The notes beneath the pieces are model-generated. The model ran no database searches, was not told the DNA's origin, and worked only from the letters and a program-made list of their open reading frames with translations. A DNA stretch of 64,000 nucleotides from Octopus vulgaris. Lineage: Eukaryota. Made by a program: the position numbers and the translations under genes. Where the stretch lies: the NCBI GenBank assembly GCA_951406725.2, contig OX597817.1, positions 138,818,001 through 138,882,000 on the forward strand, written 5' to 3'. Numbering within the stretch: the stretch's first letter is position 1; each line of letters starts with the position of its first letter. Below are positions 1 through 13,659 of the stretch, one piece after another.

Positions 1-149
1 ATATATATATATATATATATATATTTCAGGATTAAATAAAAAGAAAATAAACAGAAAATCTATATCAAATCTATATAATTAAAACAACGTGTAGTAGATA
101 ATCAAACGAACATATACTGTATGTATGTATGTATGTATGTATGTATGAA

Positions 150-605
150 TGTGTGAGAAGACGGGAGAGGTATGCAGTAATATATGTCTGGAAGATCCTG
201 GAAGAAATTGTGTCAAATTTTGGCATTGTAAGCTACACCAATGCCAGAAGGGGTCGACACTGCATAGTACCGAAGATCCCTGCAACGCCATCGCGCTTCA
301 GGACCAGTTACTGCAACAGCCTGTGTTTCGAGGGCCCACAGCTTTTTTATATTCTCCCAAAGAGTCTGAGGAACTTGCACAAAGTAGATGTAGGGGATTT
401 TAAATCAAAGCTGGACATCTTCCTGTCGAGAGTCCCAGATGAACGTACCTCACGGCAAGAGGTGCAAATGAGAATAGCTATATCAAACTCCATTCTTCAC
501 CGAGTGCCACATATTAGAGGAGGCTCTTCGTAATAACAGTGTTGCACAAAACGGCGGTGCATCAGCATGGCCGCAGCTCTGAGCTGAAACAAGAAAACGA
601 AAACG
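150..605 (+). mobile_element. CR1-like LINE 3' fragment (end of ORF2 plus 3' tail)
   Basis: Translates RRRERYAVIYVWKIL...GPQLFYILPKSLRNL...FKSKLDIFLSRVPDE...SNSILH*, typical of the post-RT C-terminus of CR1-type LINEs. Followed by the tail GGCGGTGCATCAGCATGGCCGCAGCTCTGAGCTGAAAC. Confidence 0.75.
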
Positions 606-607
606 AA

Positions 608-658
<51 letters not shown>

Positions 659-919
659 AGTATATGTGTATATGTATGTGTAAATATATGTATATATATG
701 TATGTATATATATATATGTATGTATATATATATGTGTGTGTGTAGAGAGAGAGATAAGGGAGAGAGAGAGAAAAAAAGAGGGAGAGGGAATGATGCAGAT
801 AAACAAATACAACTGTTTGATGTACAAAATGTACACGGTGCGATTTGTAAATTGTCGCTATTTTATGTTTGTTTTTTAATTTACGCATGCGCATTGTTTT
901 TTTTTATTTTGTTGACTAC

Positions 920-1660
920 ACAGTATAGTAGGGTCAGTTGGGCACCGTCTGTGAGAAATGCAGCACCATGACGCAATTCAATCTGCCAGAAATTTGGAAA
1001 CGACTTGCTGTAATGCTTAGCATTTGCACTGGAAGCTCCAGTACGAACATTTCAGTGTCTTTGGCTGTCAATCTGAGGACATGTACCGAGAGTGATAAAT
1101 ATCAAACACCCAGTCAACATCATGGTGTTTGAAGTGATCACTAGTGATGGTGACATTATTCCTCCATTCATCTTCCCACACTGCCTCAGATTCAACACAG
1201 AGGTCTACATCAAGTGCTGCCCTGGATCATGAAGTCTCTGCATTATGCCACTTAAGCAGGAGAACCTAGTCATGACTGTCAAACAATTTCTCTGACCACA
1301 TCATCCCTAACATCTGGTCACCTAACTCCCCAGACTGCAACCCCCTTCATTATTATGTGTGGGGTGCAGTTGAGCGAGAAACCAACAAAACTCCTTGTAA
1401 CACCAAAGATGAACTAAAAGCAAGGATTATGTCAGCATTCACCAACTTAAAGAAGGAGATTGTCCATAAGAGTTGCAGGAGATTCCAAAATCACTTGGAG
1501 GCTATGGTTGAAGCGAATGGTGATTTTATTGAATAAGTTTATTCTTTAGCATTTCAAGATATTTTTATACAATTTTTGTAAATATATCTGTTAAAATGAG
1601 ATGTCAGTGTTATTTTCATTTTTGCGTAATTTAGACGACAGTTTATTCACTGCACCCTGT
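920..1660 (+). mobile_element. Decayed Tc1/mariner (maT/DD37D-like) DNA transposon
   Basis: Remnant peptides HPVNIMVF.VITSDGDIIPPFIFP and IWSPNSPDCNPLHYYVWGAVE...RRFQNHLEAMVEANGDFIE* (WPPxSPDLNPLDY motif). Ends in CACCCTG, a mariner-like TIR end. Confidence 0.8.
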
Positions 1661-2115
1661 GTATGCATGGATACATGTAAATAGAAAGAAAGCTAAGACT
1701 GAAGGATTTCAGATTATGAATATTCAGATGATCTGTACTCTGTGTAAGTGTGTACAAAGACACAGAAAAATAAAGGGTGGAAGATATGGTGTTGCAAGTC
1801 CGACAGCTCTTTCTGGAGGTTAGGAGCTACTTTATAAGTTTGCTCTGTTAATATATAAATATCTATATATTTATACATGAATATTCATCGCCTGAAAATT
1901 TTTAGCCTTTGCTTTCTTTGTATTTACATGTATGTATGTACATGTATTTTGTGTATCAAACCCAAGCAGTTTTATTTGTTTATTCGTATCTGCTCACCCG
2001 GGTTCCTCCTGTAGCCACTCGTTACCTCGTGGACTTGTTCCTCGGTAAAGGTTTCGGAGTATAAGCGCTACAAAGTGACAAAGTGTTTTCTATATATAAG
2101 TGCATATAATATACA

Positions 2116-2179
<64 letters not shown>

Positions 2180-2184
2180 TAAAA

Positions 2185-2525
2185 AAGAACCCCTTCGGTC
2201 ACGAATAACCATGAGATTGCGACTAGAAAGTTCCTCTCCAAGGTACAAGTCCGGGGACAAGCTTGTTTATGGAAGACCAGCAGTCGCCCAGGCATACCAG
2301 CCTCCCCTCTGCATACCACTGATGCTGTCCAAAGGAAAGGCAAAGGGGCCGATACAGCTTGGCACCAGTGACGTCGCAACTCATTTCTACAGCTGAGTCA
2401 ACTGAAGCAACGTGAAATAAAGTGTCTTGCTCAAGAACACAACACACAGCTTGATCCGGAAATTGAACTCACTACCTCATAATTGTAAACTCGACACTCT
2501 AACCCCTGAGCCATGCGCCTTCACC
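2185..2525 (-). mobile_element. tRNA-derived SINE
   Basis: Minus strand reads GGCGCATGGCTCAGGGGTTAGAG (A box) ... GAGTTCAATTTCC (B box), then TGTGTTCTTGAGCAAGACACTTTA, a CORE/V-like central motif. Confidence 0.7.
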
Positions 2526-2859
2526 ATGTGTGTGTGTGTGTGTGTGTGTGTGTTACAAAGATTCGCTGGGTAAAGCTGGAAGAAGTCGAGAAAATGTAAA
2601 GTAAACTACAAAAATAAAACAAAACAAATTTGCAGTTTTAACTTATATTTCTATTATTCGAGGCTATGAGCCCTTCTTCAGGAGGTTGAAAAGCGAAGGA
2701 TGGAAAATGGTCGTTACTCAGATAGAAGGAGTCACAGCCTCGAAATACAGAAATATAACGTAAAACTAAAACTTTCTTCTCTTTTTTTTCTCTTTTCTTT
2801 TGTGTAGTTTTCTTTATATCTTCTCGGTTTGTTCCGGCCTTACCCGACAAGACACTTTA

Positions 2860-2873
2860 ATATATATACATGC

Positions 2874-2914
<41 letters not shown>

Positions 2915-2939
2915 CGTATATATATATATATATATGTAC

Positions 2940-2997
<58 letters not shown>

Positions 2998-3030
2998 ATG
3001 TATGTATATATGTATGTATGTATATGTATG

Positions 3031-3069
<39 letters not shown>

Positions 3070-3318
3070 GTATATGTATGTATATATATATATGTATATG
3101 TATGTATATATATATGTATATGTATGTATGTATATGTATATGTATGTATATATATATATGTATATATATGTATATGTATATATATATATGTATATGTATA
3201 TGTATGTATATATATATGTATAGGTATATATATATGTATATGTATGTATATATGTATGTATATATGTATGTATATATGCATATATATATGTGTATATGTA
3301 TATATATGCATATGTATG

Positions 3319-3359
<41 letters not shown>

Positions 3360-3425
3360 GCGTATGTATATGCGTATGTATATATCTATCTATGTATATA
3401 TACATACCTATCTATCTATCTATAT
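2860..3425. repeat. Compound (TA)n/(TATG)n microsatellite
   Basis: Directly visible; it produces the spurious YI-rich ORFs. Confidence 0.97.
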
Positions 3426-3797
3426 AGTTGTATTTATTTATTCCTATGATTGTAATAAACAGATCTTGTTGATGTTTGTCAATTGAATCTCTTCTCCGTT
3501 TTCTTCTTTGCCTTATAAATTCTGGATAAACATTTGTTCACCCCTACTTGTACCTATTATTCAATCGTACCATTGCCTTGCAACACAGTAAGCCTTTGAA
3601 TATAGATAGGTATCCCTCCAGTAGTATATTGGGTATTTATTATCCCTTAGATGGTTGTCTAACCTCTGACTCAAATACACGTAATTATACACACACATAT
3701 GTATTCTTTAATCGGTTTCTGCCTAAGGCTATAGCTATGTTGGGAAGCCATCATAAATATGTCTGTGTGTGTATATATATATACACACACATACATA

Positions 3798-3866
<69 letters not shown>

Positions 3867-5269
3867 GCTTATATGCATGTACACATTCACGGACAACACG
3901 CGAGTGTCGATTTGTTTATATTTATGTACACACGTGAGTGAGTGTGTTTGTGTGTGTGTATATATGTATAACATAGGTGCGTAGACACTTGTCCTGTATG
4001 TCATATTAAACGATGTTCAATTAACAGCCCTGGCACCTCTGCGTATACCCATGCATACACAAGTACATACACACACACGCATACAGGTATATATGCATCC
4101 TGTATACACACATATCATCGCAGACATTTAATTAGAAATAAATATTTATTGCCAAACGCATTTTTTTCCCTTTTTTTTTTCATTTGTTATCGCTTCCCCA
4201 TTCCCAGTTGATCCTTACAAAATCTCACCCCTGCTGACCTCAACCCTGGGGGTCTACCACGCCCATAGCCCCCACCTCCTTATCATAGCAAATATCCAGG
4301 AATAATATTTATTAACGATCTCCTCACATACTCCTGCAGTTTCCTTAACAAACCTCTCGTTTCCCCAGCAGACGACAGCTTTTATAGGCGATGTGAGGAA
4401 GTGGGAATCAGAGATTATATAGAGGGAGGGGAAAAAGTGATGTGATAGGAGCAATTATGTGATTTAAAAGGTTCGCTTCGGAATAACGCGGTTCCAAGAC
4501 CAAATCCCAATCGATGGAGCCTTGGCAAAATATGTCTTCTACGGTAGCTTTTGTTATCCTTTCTAACAATTCGCGTAAGAGTCCGACGGTCCCTATCTCA
4601 AAGTTTTTGGCTTTCTTCCAGAGTTTTGTTTCAACGAGGAGGTTTTTCAAAGCTATTGTTACTTTTGAGACAGTACTTCCTGATACAAAAACATATCGGC
4701 TGTTTTCATTACGCTAGCGCCTGCCATACGAGCACCAACAATTTGACCTGTTTGAAAGTCCGATAGATCTGTCATTTTAATGAATTTTAATTTCCTTTTT
4801 CTGATGATATCTGAAAAAAAAAACAGCAATTTTAGCAAAACATATTAAGCAACACTAATAATAGGTTTTTAAAAAACAAACATTAAAATAAACAAGCTTT
4901 TGACGCTTTTATAGATATTTCAAAATTATGATGCTATGATGCTAGGTGTTTCCATTATTTTGTCGAACCCCTGTAAATAGATACATATAATAGATATTAC
5001 TATGTTAGTTTTTACTATGTATATTTTCATTTATATACATTTTGTTATACCAGTAACGGTGATTTGACCTTCATATTTCAAAAACTTTTCTGATAAAATT
5101 ATTTCCACACCACATTCATCTAAATTAATCAAATAACAACAATAACTAATTATTTAATTCTTATTTGGTTAACTGTTACACATTATAGAAACAGCTGCAG
5201 GAAAATTTTTGTTTTAAATATCAATGAGACCGTCTCTTTCTTTTCTCCTTAATATATATATATATATTC

Positions 5270-5641
5270 GTAGCACTCCGTCAGTTACGGCGACGAAGGT
5301 TCCAGTTGATCCGATCAACGGAACAGCCTGCTTGTGAAATTAACGTGCAAGTGGCTGAGCACTCCACAGACATGTATACCTTTAACGTAGTTCTCGGGGA
5401 AATTCAGCGTGACACAGAAAGTGACAAGGTGGACCTTTGAAATACAGGTACAACAGAAGCAGGAAGAAAGAGTGAGAGAAAGTCGTGGTGAAAGAGTACT
5501 GCAGGGTTCGCTACTTCACCCCTGCAGGGACCTCGTGGAGCTTTAGGTGTTTTCGCTCAATAAACACTCACAACGCCCGTCTTGCAATCGAAACCACGAT
5601 CCTATAACCGCGGGTCCGCTGCTCTAACGACTGGGCCTCCA

Positions 5642-5645
<4 letters not shown>
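5270..5645 (-). mobile_element. tRNA-derived SINE (second family)
   Basis: Minus strand GGCCCAGTCGTTAGAGCAGCGGAC...GGTTTCGATTGC tRNA-like head followed by a body. Flanked by TA repeats. Confidence 0.65.
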
Positions 5646-5690
<45 letters not shown>

Positions 5691-6522
5691 TACTTAAATA
5701 TGAATTTACATACAAATGTGTATGTGTGTGTATACATATATATGAGTGTGTGTGTAAATATGTTACTATATTCCTGGTGCCAGTTCTACATTTTCTACAG
5801 ACTAAAATTCGCCACCAAAATCTCACAACCATATTTGTCTAAGGAGCCGACACCCATGAAAATGCAACTCGATTTTAAGTGTTCATTTAGTTAGTCAGTA
5901 AATTAGTTAACCTTTAGAATTATCCTATTTCGTTCTGGTTGGATGCTGTCGATCCGCCTTTAGAAAAAAGTTTTGCTTGAAATATATTCTTTTCCGTTCG
6001 ATAATCATTTCAGAGAGTTTTCCCTCGAAACGCGGATTAACCATTAATTATCCGATTATATTTAATCCAAAGAAAGAGTTCACCGTTAGTCATTAACCTT
6101 TATGCCTCGTTTAACTATAGGGAACCTTTTTCACCCGATGTGTTTGTATTTTGTTTTCTATAATAATGCTCTTAACGGAATATCACTTACCTGTATACAA
6201 ATATATATATATATATATTCTTTTTCTTTCTTTTGTTTTTATCTTGGAATATTCCAGGACGATTCACTCTCCCCTCTTCTCTTCTGTCTTTCTCCTATTC
6301 TCTTGTCCATAACTATATACATACATACATACATATATATATATATATTTATGTAAGAAAGTAATAGAGTAGAGTATTAAGCTTGTCCACCTTCAGATTT
6401 CACCCTGTGCTATCCAGTCGTAGTATTATACGTGCCTCCAGGTTTGCATTTGTCGTGTGCGAATGGATAATTGAAAAAATTAGAGTCAACAAGAAGGGGT
6501 ATGGTTGGACATTTATTTTTTA

Positions 6523-6617
6523 ATCACTACAATTGTTTCCACGCAACGGAGTGCAGGTACTTGATTATGCAACTGTTTCTCTGCATTATGAGATCTAGTT
6601 GTGTTTCCTCAGGCGAT
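6523..6617 (-). ncRNA. Minimal type-I hammerhead ribozyme motif (Penelope pLTR type)
   Basis: Minus strand: ATCGC-CTGAGGA-[long stem II]-GAAA-CAATTG-TA-GTGAT. Stem I is ATCGC/GTGAT and stem III is the palindrome ACAATTGT. Confidence 0.65.
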
Positions 6618-6829
6618 ATGTAAATATTGTTTCCGTAAGTTTGAAATTCTCGTCCTCAAGAACATCCCTTCTGTCTGTCTTTTAAGTTCTTTTAAGGAAA
6701 AGTTCGTTTTGAATATATATATATAAGCTTCCATTTGATTATGCCAGCTACAGCCTAATGATACCGACTAACAATAGCTGTTTTGTAGGGTTGTACCAAG
6801 CTGAGCTGATATACTGTAGGATAAGTATA

Positions 6830-7660
6830 GTAATAACAATAATAATTCGTGAATGAAATTTATAAGCATTTTAATGCATCGCTTCGCATATTTCCACAAA
6901 TCGCATGTTTCTTACGATCGTAATCCGTATTCATGGGATGACTACAGTACAGTCCGTAACAGCCATAGACATTGGGTGGATCACGTTCATTATTCATTTC
7001 CTCAGGCGATACGGCATTCACGTTGGAAGCAACAAATGTGTGACTGAAGGTTGTTTATCAATTTTCACCAATGAAAAGGTTGATTGGGGTATGTGGGTAG
7101 TTCTGTGGGAATTTGATGGGGGGGGCGTGATGGAAGGAGAGAAAAGAACGGTCTTGATAAAGGAGAGAGAAGAGTGTGCGGTAATGTTAGACTAGTTTTG
7201 GTATTTATGTATGCAGATGTCAGGACGGATAGAATAGTTCACCGGTTTGACCTTAGTCACACCATCTGCATACACAAATATCAAAACAAGTTTACCATCA
7301 CCTCACACTCTTCCCTCTCCTTTATCACTACCGTTCCTTTCTCTCTTTCCATCACCTTCTACTCTTCCCCACCAAATACACACAGAACTACCCACATACC
7401 CTAAGCAACCTTTTCATTAATGAAAATTGATAAACAGCCTTCAGTTATACATTCGCTGCTTTCAACGTGAATGCCATATCGCCTGAGGAAATGAATACAT
7501 GAACATGATCCACCCGATGTCCATGAATACTACGGACTGTACTGTAATCAACCCAGGAATACGGACTACGATCGTAAGAAATATGTGATTTATGGAAACG
7601 CGCGTTGTGATGCATTAAAATATTTATAAATTCCATCCATGGATTATTGCTATTACGATA
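6830..7660. repeat. Diverged ~390-bp inverted repeat (probable inverted Penelope pLTR pair)
   Basis: About 6830-7219 is the reverse complement of about 7263-7660. ORFs 6853..7047(+) and 7445..7636(-) are homologous as a result. Confidence 0.85.
7478..7611 (+). ncRNA. Hammerhead ribozyme motif with ~105-nt stem II insertion
   Basis: ATCGC-CTGAGGA(7483-7489)...GAAA(7595-7598)-CGCGCG-TT-GTGAT. Palindrome ACGCGCGT; stem II base ATGAATACAT/ATGTGATTTAT. Confidence 0.6.
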
Positions 7661-8243
7661 AATATATTTTTAGACAAAAGCTTAGAGATAAGCTTTGTTT
7701 ATGATATGATATTGTATTTAGGTGGGGGTGTTTTTCGAAGTTCATCGCCTTTTACCTAAAAACCAACAGCACACAACAGCAGATATCTGTGTCGTAGATT
7801 TTACAATCTGGATTTCCTTAAAAAATAGGGAGATTTATGTAATTTGGAAAACATAGGGAGCTAAATTATGTGAAACGGTTATGTCGATGAATGAAAAGTC
7901 ATACACTGTTTAGCCTTATATGGAGATCACCACTTAACCATTGTGATGTTTGTCCATAACACCTTTTTCCAGGACAAAAGGTAATTCATTCGTCTACCAT
8001 GACGTGATCGATGATGTAAGAGCGTCATGTCGTGTTATGTCACTTTATGGTCAAATGGTCTGAGGCAGCGACAGCTGAATATGTTAATAAGCGACACCAA
8101 TACGTTGTACATGGCAACACAATATCGACTCTTCGGCAAAGATTCATAACGACGCCAGCAAATTTGGTTCACTTGAAAATTTCAGTTCCAACGAAACTGC
8201 AGAAGCAACGTATTTCCTTTCTCATCTTCTTTCCTTCCACTCC

Positions 8244-8310
<67 letters not shown>

Positions 8311-8669
8311 GCCCACTCTCATTCTCCTTTTGTCTTTCTCGCTTTTTCTCGGGAAATCCATCAGTACATACATTCAGCTTTCTTTCTTTCTTATTTTCTT
8401 TCTTTCTTTCTTCCTTTCTTTCTTTCTTTCTTTCTTTCTTTATTTATTTATTTACGTTCTTTCTTTTCGCCACTCTTCAATCAGTGGCTAATTTCCGGTC
8501 ACATGATAACGGTCTTTGACCTCTTAATTCAATGTCGTCTCACCTTCCTACACAGTCTTTCGTATGTTTCACCCACAACATATTCGGGCTCTATAATCAG
8601 TTGCTATACACTATAAGCGCTATGTAGGATCTTGTATGCATATATATATCATACATACATACACACACC

Positions 8670-9349
8670 GAAGATATCACCCACATCATAAGCAGTTGTC
8701 CGAAAATGTCAGCACGGTATTATCTACCGATGAGACATGATGTTGTAGCTAGGACACTCAATAATGAAATCCATAGGAAGGATAACCCCAAGGACAAAGA
8801 AATAAGAACCCACAATATGGAAGAAGCCATAGCCACTCATAATAAAAAGGAATACTGGCGGAATGTCCCAGTGAATACCTCAATAAAATGTAAGCACAAC
8901 AGACCTGATATAATGATCTGGGATAGAGAAGAGAAACTGAGCACAGTTGTGGAAACCAAATGACCAGCGGATGTTAGCATAAAGCTGAAGATCAGTGAAA
9001 AAGAGAATACCTACGCTGAACTATTGAGAAATCTGCAGTTACTCTATCCAGATTACAAGTTCAGGTTTATACCTGTAATTATTGGGTCCCTGGGATATGT
9101 AACACCCTGCCTAAGTACAAATCTTGAGATTTTAGGCGTCTCAAAACCAGAAAGGAGAAAGCTAATTCGAAGAATACAGACTCAGTCCATCACTGAAACT
9201 GTAAAAATCTATAAAACTTTCCAGAAGTTTATCATTTAAATATATATATGAGAATGTCTAGATATGCAACTATATGCATGGGAATACACACATAAAATAT
9301 ACAAATCTGTGCATGCATACATACATACATACATACATACATACATACA

Positions 9350-9407
<58 letters not shown>

Positions 9408-9520
9408 CATACAAAAATTCCCTGTTGTTGATGTTGAAATTTCAATGGAGACTTGGATCTAGGTTCGAAACCGGTTCTTTCTTCATTTTCAAAAAATCTT
9501 GAAATAAATTGAATAATGAC
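8670..9520 (+). mobile_element. R4/Dong-like non-LTR retrotransposon 3' fragment (restriction-like endonuclease)
   Basis: HIISSCPKMSARYYLPMRHDVVA...KHNRPDIMIWDREEK...E...EKENTY...IPVIIGSLG: RHD and PD-(D/E)xK motifs of REL-clade elements, with an internal stop. The 3' UTR follows. Confidence 0.85.
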
Positions 9521-9546
9521 ATACATATATATATTTCTTATATAAT

Positions 9547-9597
<51 letters not shown>

Positions 9598-9599
9598 TT

Positions 9600-9930
9600 C
9601 TTAAGAAATTGGACTTCTCAAAACCAGAAAGGAGACAGGAAATTCGAAGACTACAGATCCAATCCATCACTGGAACTGTAAAAATCTGTAAAACTTTTCA
9701 GAAGTTTATCATTTAGATATATATATGAGCATGTCTAGATATCTAACTATATGCATGAGAATACATACATAGAACAAAACATACAAATCTGCACATAAAC
9801 ATGCATACACGCATACAAAAATACCCTGTTGCTGATGTTGAAATTCCAATGAAGGAGCCTTGGATCTAGGTTCAAAACCGGTTCTTTCTTTATTGGCAAA
9901 CAATCTTGAAATAGACCTGAATAATGACAT
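9600..9930 (+). mobile_element. Second 3' fragment of the same R4/Dong-like family
   Basis: Direct repeat of about 9120-9520 (CTCAAAACCAGAAAGGAGA...GAAGTTTATCATTTA...GGATCTAGGTTC). Confidence 0.8.
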
Positions 9931-9997
9931 ACATGAGTATATCTGTATGTATATAGGTACATGTATGTGTGTATATGTATATATGTGTGTATATGTA

Positions 9998-10052
<55 letters not shown>

Positions 10053-10251
10053 ATATAAATATGTATTGGAAATTACTTTCTGACTTTGAAGATTTTCTTT
10101 TGACATAGTTTTACGTTTTTTAAGCTAGAATGTATGTTTATATAATCATAGTTTGAAATATAATTGTTAAAATGTTATGTTTTTGTTTTAATAATTTTTC
10201 AGAATACTAAACCCAAACATTTGGTCAATTTGCAAGACGGAACCAAGAGGA

Positions 10252-10264
10252 ATGCCTCACACAG
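10252..10264 (+). CDS. Poxn: Pox neuro-type Pax gene, start-codon exon (MPHT-G)
   Basis: ATG CCT CAC ACA G|gtaatt. The phase-1 donor joins the phase-1 acceptor at 44039 to give [14 protein letters not shown], matching Drosophila Poxn MPHTGQAGVNQLGG as recalled. The exon has its own acceptor ttttcag at 10202 (exon 10203-10264). Confidence 0.85.
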
Positions 10265-10318
10265 GTAATTTTAATTGCTGATATGTGTTTGCGTGTGTGT
10301 GTGTGTGACTGTATAATA

Positions 10319-10391
<73 letters not shown>

Positions 10392-13300
10392 GGAGAAAGC
10401 TGCTTATTAATTAGGTATGTAACAGTTATTAAAAGAAAACACTTATTAAAGGCTTGACCGTCTGGAAATTTTTTTATAAATTCATGCTCCAAGAAATTTC
10501 TTGTAATTTCGATTCTGAAGGTTATTGAATATTTGAACTACAAGTTTTTCATAAATTTAGATATTCGTTACATTCAGTGCAGAGTTGATTTAATAAACAA
10601 TATTTGTTCGTTGCGGGCGAAATTTTCCATTTTCATTTGTAACGGTTCCTCACTCTCTCTCGCCTCTATTTTCATTAATGATAATTTAATATATATTCAT
10701 TTCAAGCTTTTCTTTTCAAGTTTAAATTCGCTATTTGAAAAACCCACAGTTCATTCTATATACGTAATGTAAAAACAAAAACTATTTATTGAATTAATGA
10801 ATGAATGCTATTAAAAAAAATAGCTGTATAACTTTGTGGTTTATTTTTGATAAAATGAAAATTTTTTGATATACCAGTAAAAAGAAATTTAGAAGTAATT
10901 TTGTTAGTATGACTGTTTGGAACGCTATAAGCCTTACAATAATAACTATATGATCGCTGCTATTTCTAGCTCGCTAAACCTTGAAGTTTGCTTAAAGTGG
11001 AGATAAATTACGATAAATTACCGAAAGAAATATTTACTAAGAAAGTGAGATTTTTTTATAAATTGAAGTCTTCAGGAAAATTTACTTTCTCAACTTCCTT
11101 TTATTATTGAATATTTCAAATTCACAAATTTAAAAATTTGGCACAAGATAGTTTTTAACTAGCTTTTGTTTTATAGTTTTTCATTTCTTGTTTATTTCAT
11201 TCATTTTTGCAATGTCCTCCCCCTCTCTCATTCACACACACACACACACTGTCTCTCTAATGTAAAGCGACGCACACTCCAGGTTTGACAAGCAGAAAAA
11301 TACCCGGATGGCGATCTTTCTGCTAGTGTGTGTATATATATATACAGAATCAATGACACAGGCCCCAAAATAGCATTAAATAGCCGAGGGATTAAAATTA
11401 ATCAAAGGACATACTAAATATGTCTACCTGCTTGAAATAACAGTCAAAACTCTTATTAAATCGTCAAAAATACACTGATGAAAACTACAGAAATTAAAAG
11501 AAGGCAAAATCCGGTTAAGTCAATCTACCAACATACATTTAAGTATTTGGACTCACGTGGACCGGTTTCTGCATTGGTAAAATAAACCTTAGCTTCATGC
11601 ATACATACATACACACACACACACACACATACACATACAATTTTAATGTACGATTTCTTTGAAAAGCGAGCTGTAGTATTGCTGCAATATGAGGAATTCC
11701 AACCGCTGCATATTTAAAAGTAACTTCTAATCAGTTGAATAAACTAACCATTGCTTTGATTCTGCCAACCTCATGCTATCACTTCTCTAAATATTTCCAT
11801 GTTCCTCCACCAACCAATATTGCAATCCTGTACATTTACTTTATGATTATCTAATCAGTATTTTGGTAAATACAGTCAAAGACAATGGCTCGGTTTCGAG
11901 GTGCAAATGACAGCAAAACAAGACTGAAGTTGCTTTCTTCAGTCTTGAACTTATTAGTTTTATTAGTTGTTAATTAAAACTGGTTGGTTTTTTTTTTTTT
12001 TTTTTTTTGCATCGTTACATTATTTCTAGTTTAGCGTTTTACTGCTTTCTTTATTACGTTACAAAAAATCCCTACACTTTAACGGTCATCTGTAATCTCC
12101 TGGTTCGATCCTTTATTTCAGTGGATTAAAGAAATCTACCCCAATGGTAGGCCGTGGGTCTACCTCAGATTACTTCTCACGACAAGTCATGAACTCAAGT
12201 CATAAAAAAATCGTCAGTTTTGTAATTCTGTTGACACATTTCTGGTCCCTAATACACGGTGGTGCCTACTTACAGCCAGACGTTGTGAACCACTATTTTG
12301 CTCATGGATATAAAACAAAGACAATGTCTGGGCCCGAACCACTCATGCTGTTGTTTGTCCGTTGTCCTAGCAATCCATATGGATGCAACTTTTACTTTCC
12401 TTTATGATATTTTTAAAATATTTTAAAAACCGAAAGGATCTTTTGAAAACAAGTAAAGACTTAAGCGGAATGGAGAAGTTCCAGGGAAGATAAAGCAGGT
12501 TTATCATAAATGGAAGAATCAGAATTGATTGAGAAGTGATATTTGTATTATCTTATGGCCAACGTCAACGAAATAGTTGTAAGGTCAGAGAGAGAAGGAA
12601 AGAGAGAGAGAAATTATGGTGACAGTGATAATTGAGACACTAATGAAGTCATAGTAACAATGACCTTAAAGGTCATAGAGACATGATCAATAAGACAGTA
12701 GTCAGATCATACAGAACTATCTGAGCGCCCCCTACCAACACCATGGTACACTTCGTTCCTCCTCACTAAAGAATAAAACCAATGAGGTTATCAAAAACTG
12801 AACAAGTGTAGAGGGATCGATGCTATTCACTAACCAGTCCTCTCCAAAATTACTGAGCTTATGTCTAAATTAGAAACGGATAATCCATCCAACTGATAAT
12901 ATTTTTATCCCCTTTTTTAAATTTTTTTTTGTCTTTTTTCGATCCCCCCACTCCACACCTTCCTTGTAAAAACGAACATCTTAAATATACTGTCGATGCA
13001 ATTCATCTAGAATAAAAACAATTATGTTTTTTTTCTGCAGAGATTAAGGTTGCTTCCTTTCGATCTAGTTTTTTAAATTCTAATATAGATTGGTTCCCCT
13101 CTTGATATAATAGGAAGGTAAATTCCTCGTCTGAAAAGTTGATAAATTGCTCCATATTAATCATAAGTTTTACTATATAACTTTTAGAATTACTCAAACA
13201 TTTAAAAGAAACTATTTCGTTTGTTCCTTTGGCTAAAAAGAATTTCTGACCCTACACAACCTCTTTAACATGTTTCTGAAACATTTCATATTTTGTTGGA

Positions 13301-13554
13301 CACTTACAATATAAAGTGAAAATTCTTCTCACTTTCTCTATGACATTACCAATATTTCAATTTTTTTTTTTTTTAGTCGAAGGTCTTCTGCAATAGAAAC
13401 TGTTTCACTAAAATTCAATTTAGTACCGATCGACACAATTATTATCAAATGCATCGGTTACAGCAGAATCTATATTTTGATCATTAACCTCGAATATATC
13501 ATCAGACATGTAGTCCTGATAACAAGGGTCATAGTCAAATTAGCTTCAACACAA

Positions 13555-13556
<2 letters not shown>

Positions 13557-13641
<85 letters not shown>

Positions 13642-13657
13642 CATTATTATTATTATA
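13557..13657. repeat. (TTA)n microsatellite at the 3' end of the Dong-like element
   Basis: Directly visible. Confidence 0.95.
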
Positions 13658-13659
13658 TA

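Noticed and set aside
2800-3486. Long YI/HT/CV/LSIY-rich ORFs here and throughout (e.g. 44691-45605, 58885-59539)
   Set aside because: These are stop-free translations of di- and tetranucleotide microsatellites, not genes.
12100-12330. Possible second mariner remnant (WIKEIYPNGRPWV)
   Set aside because: Too short and decayed to support without an alignment.
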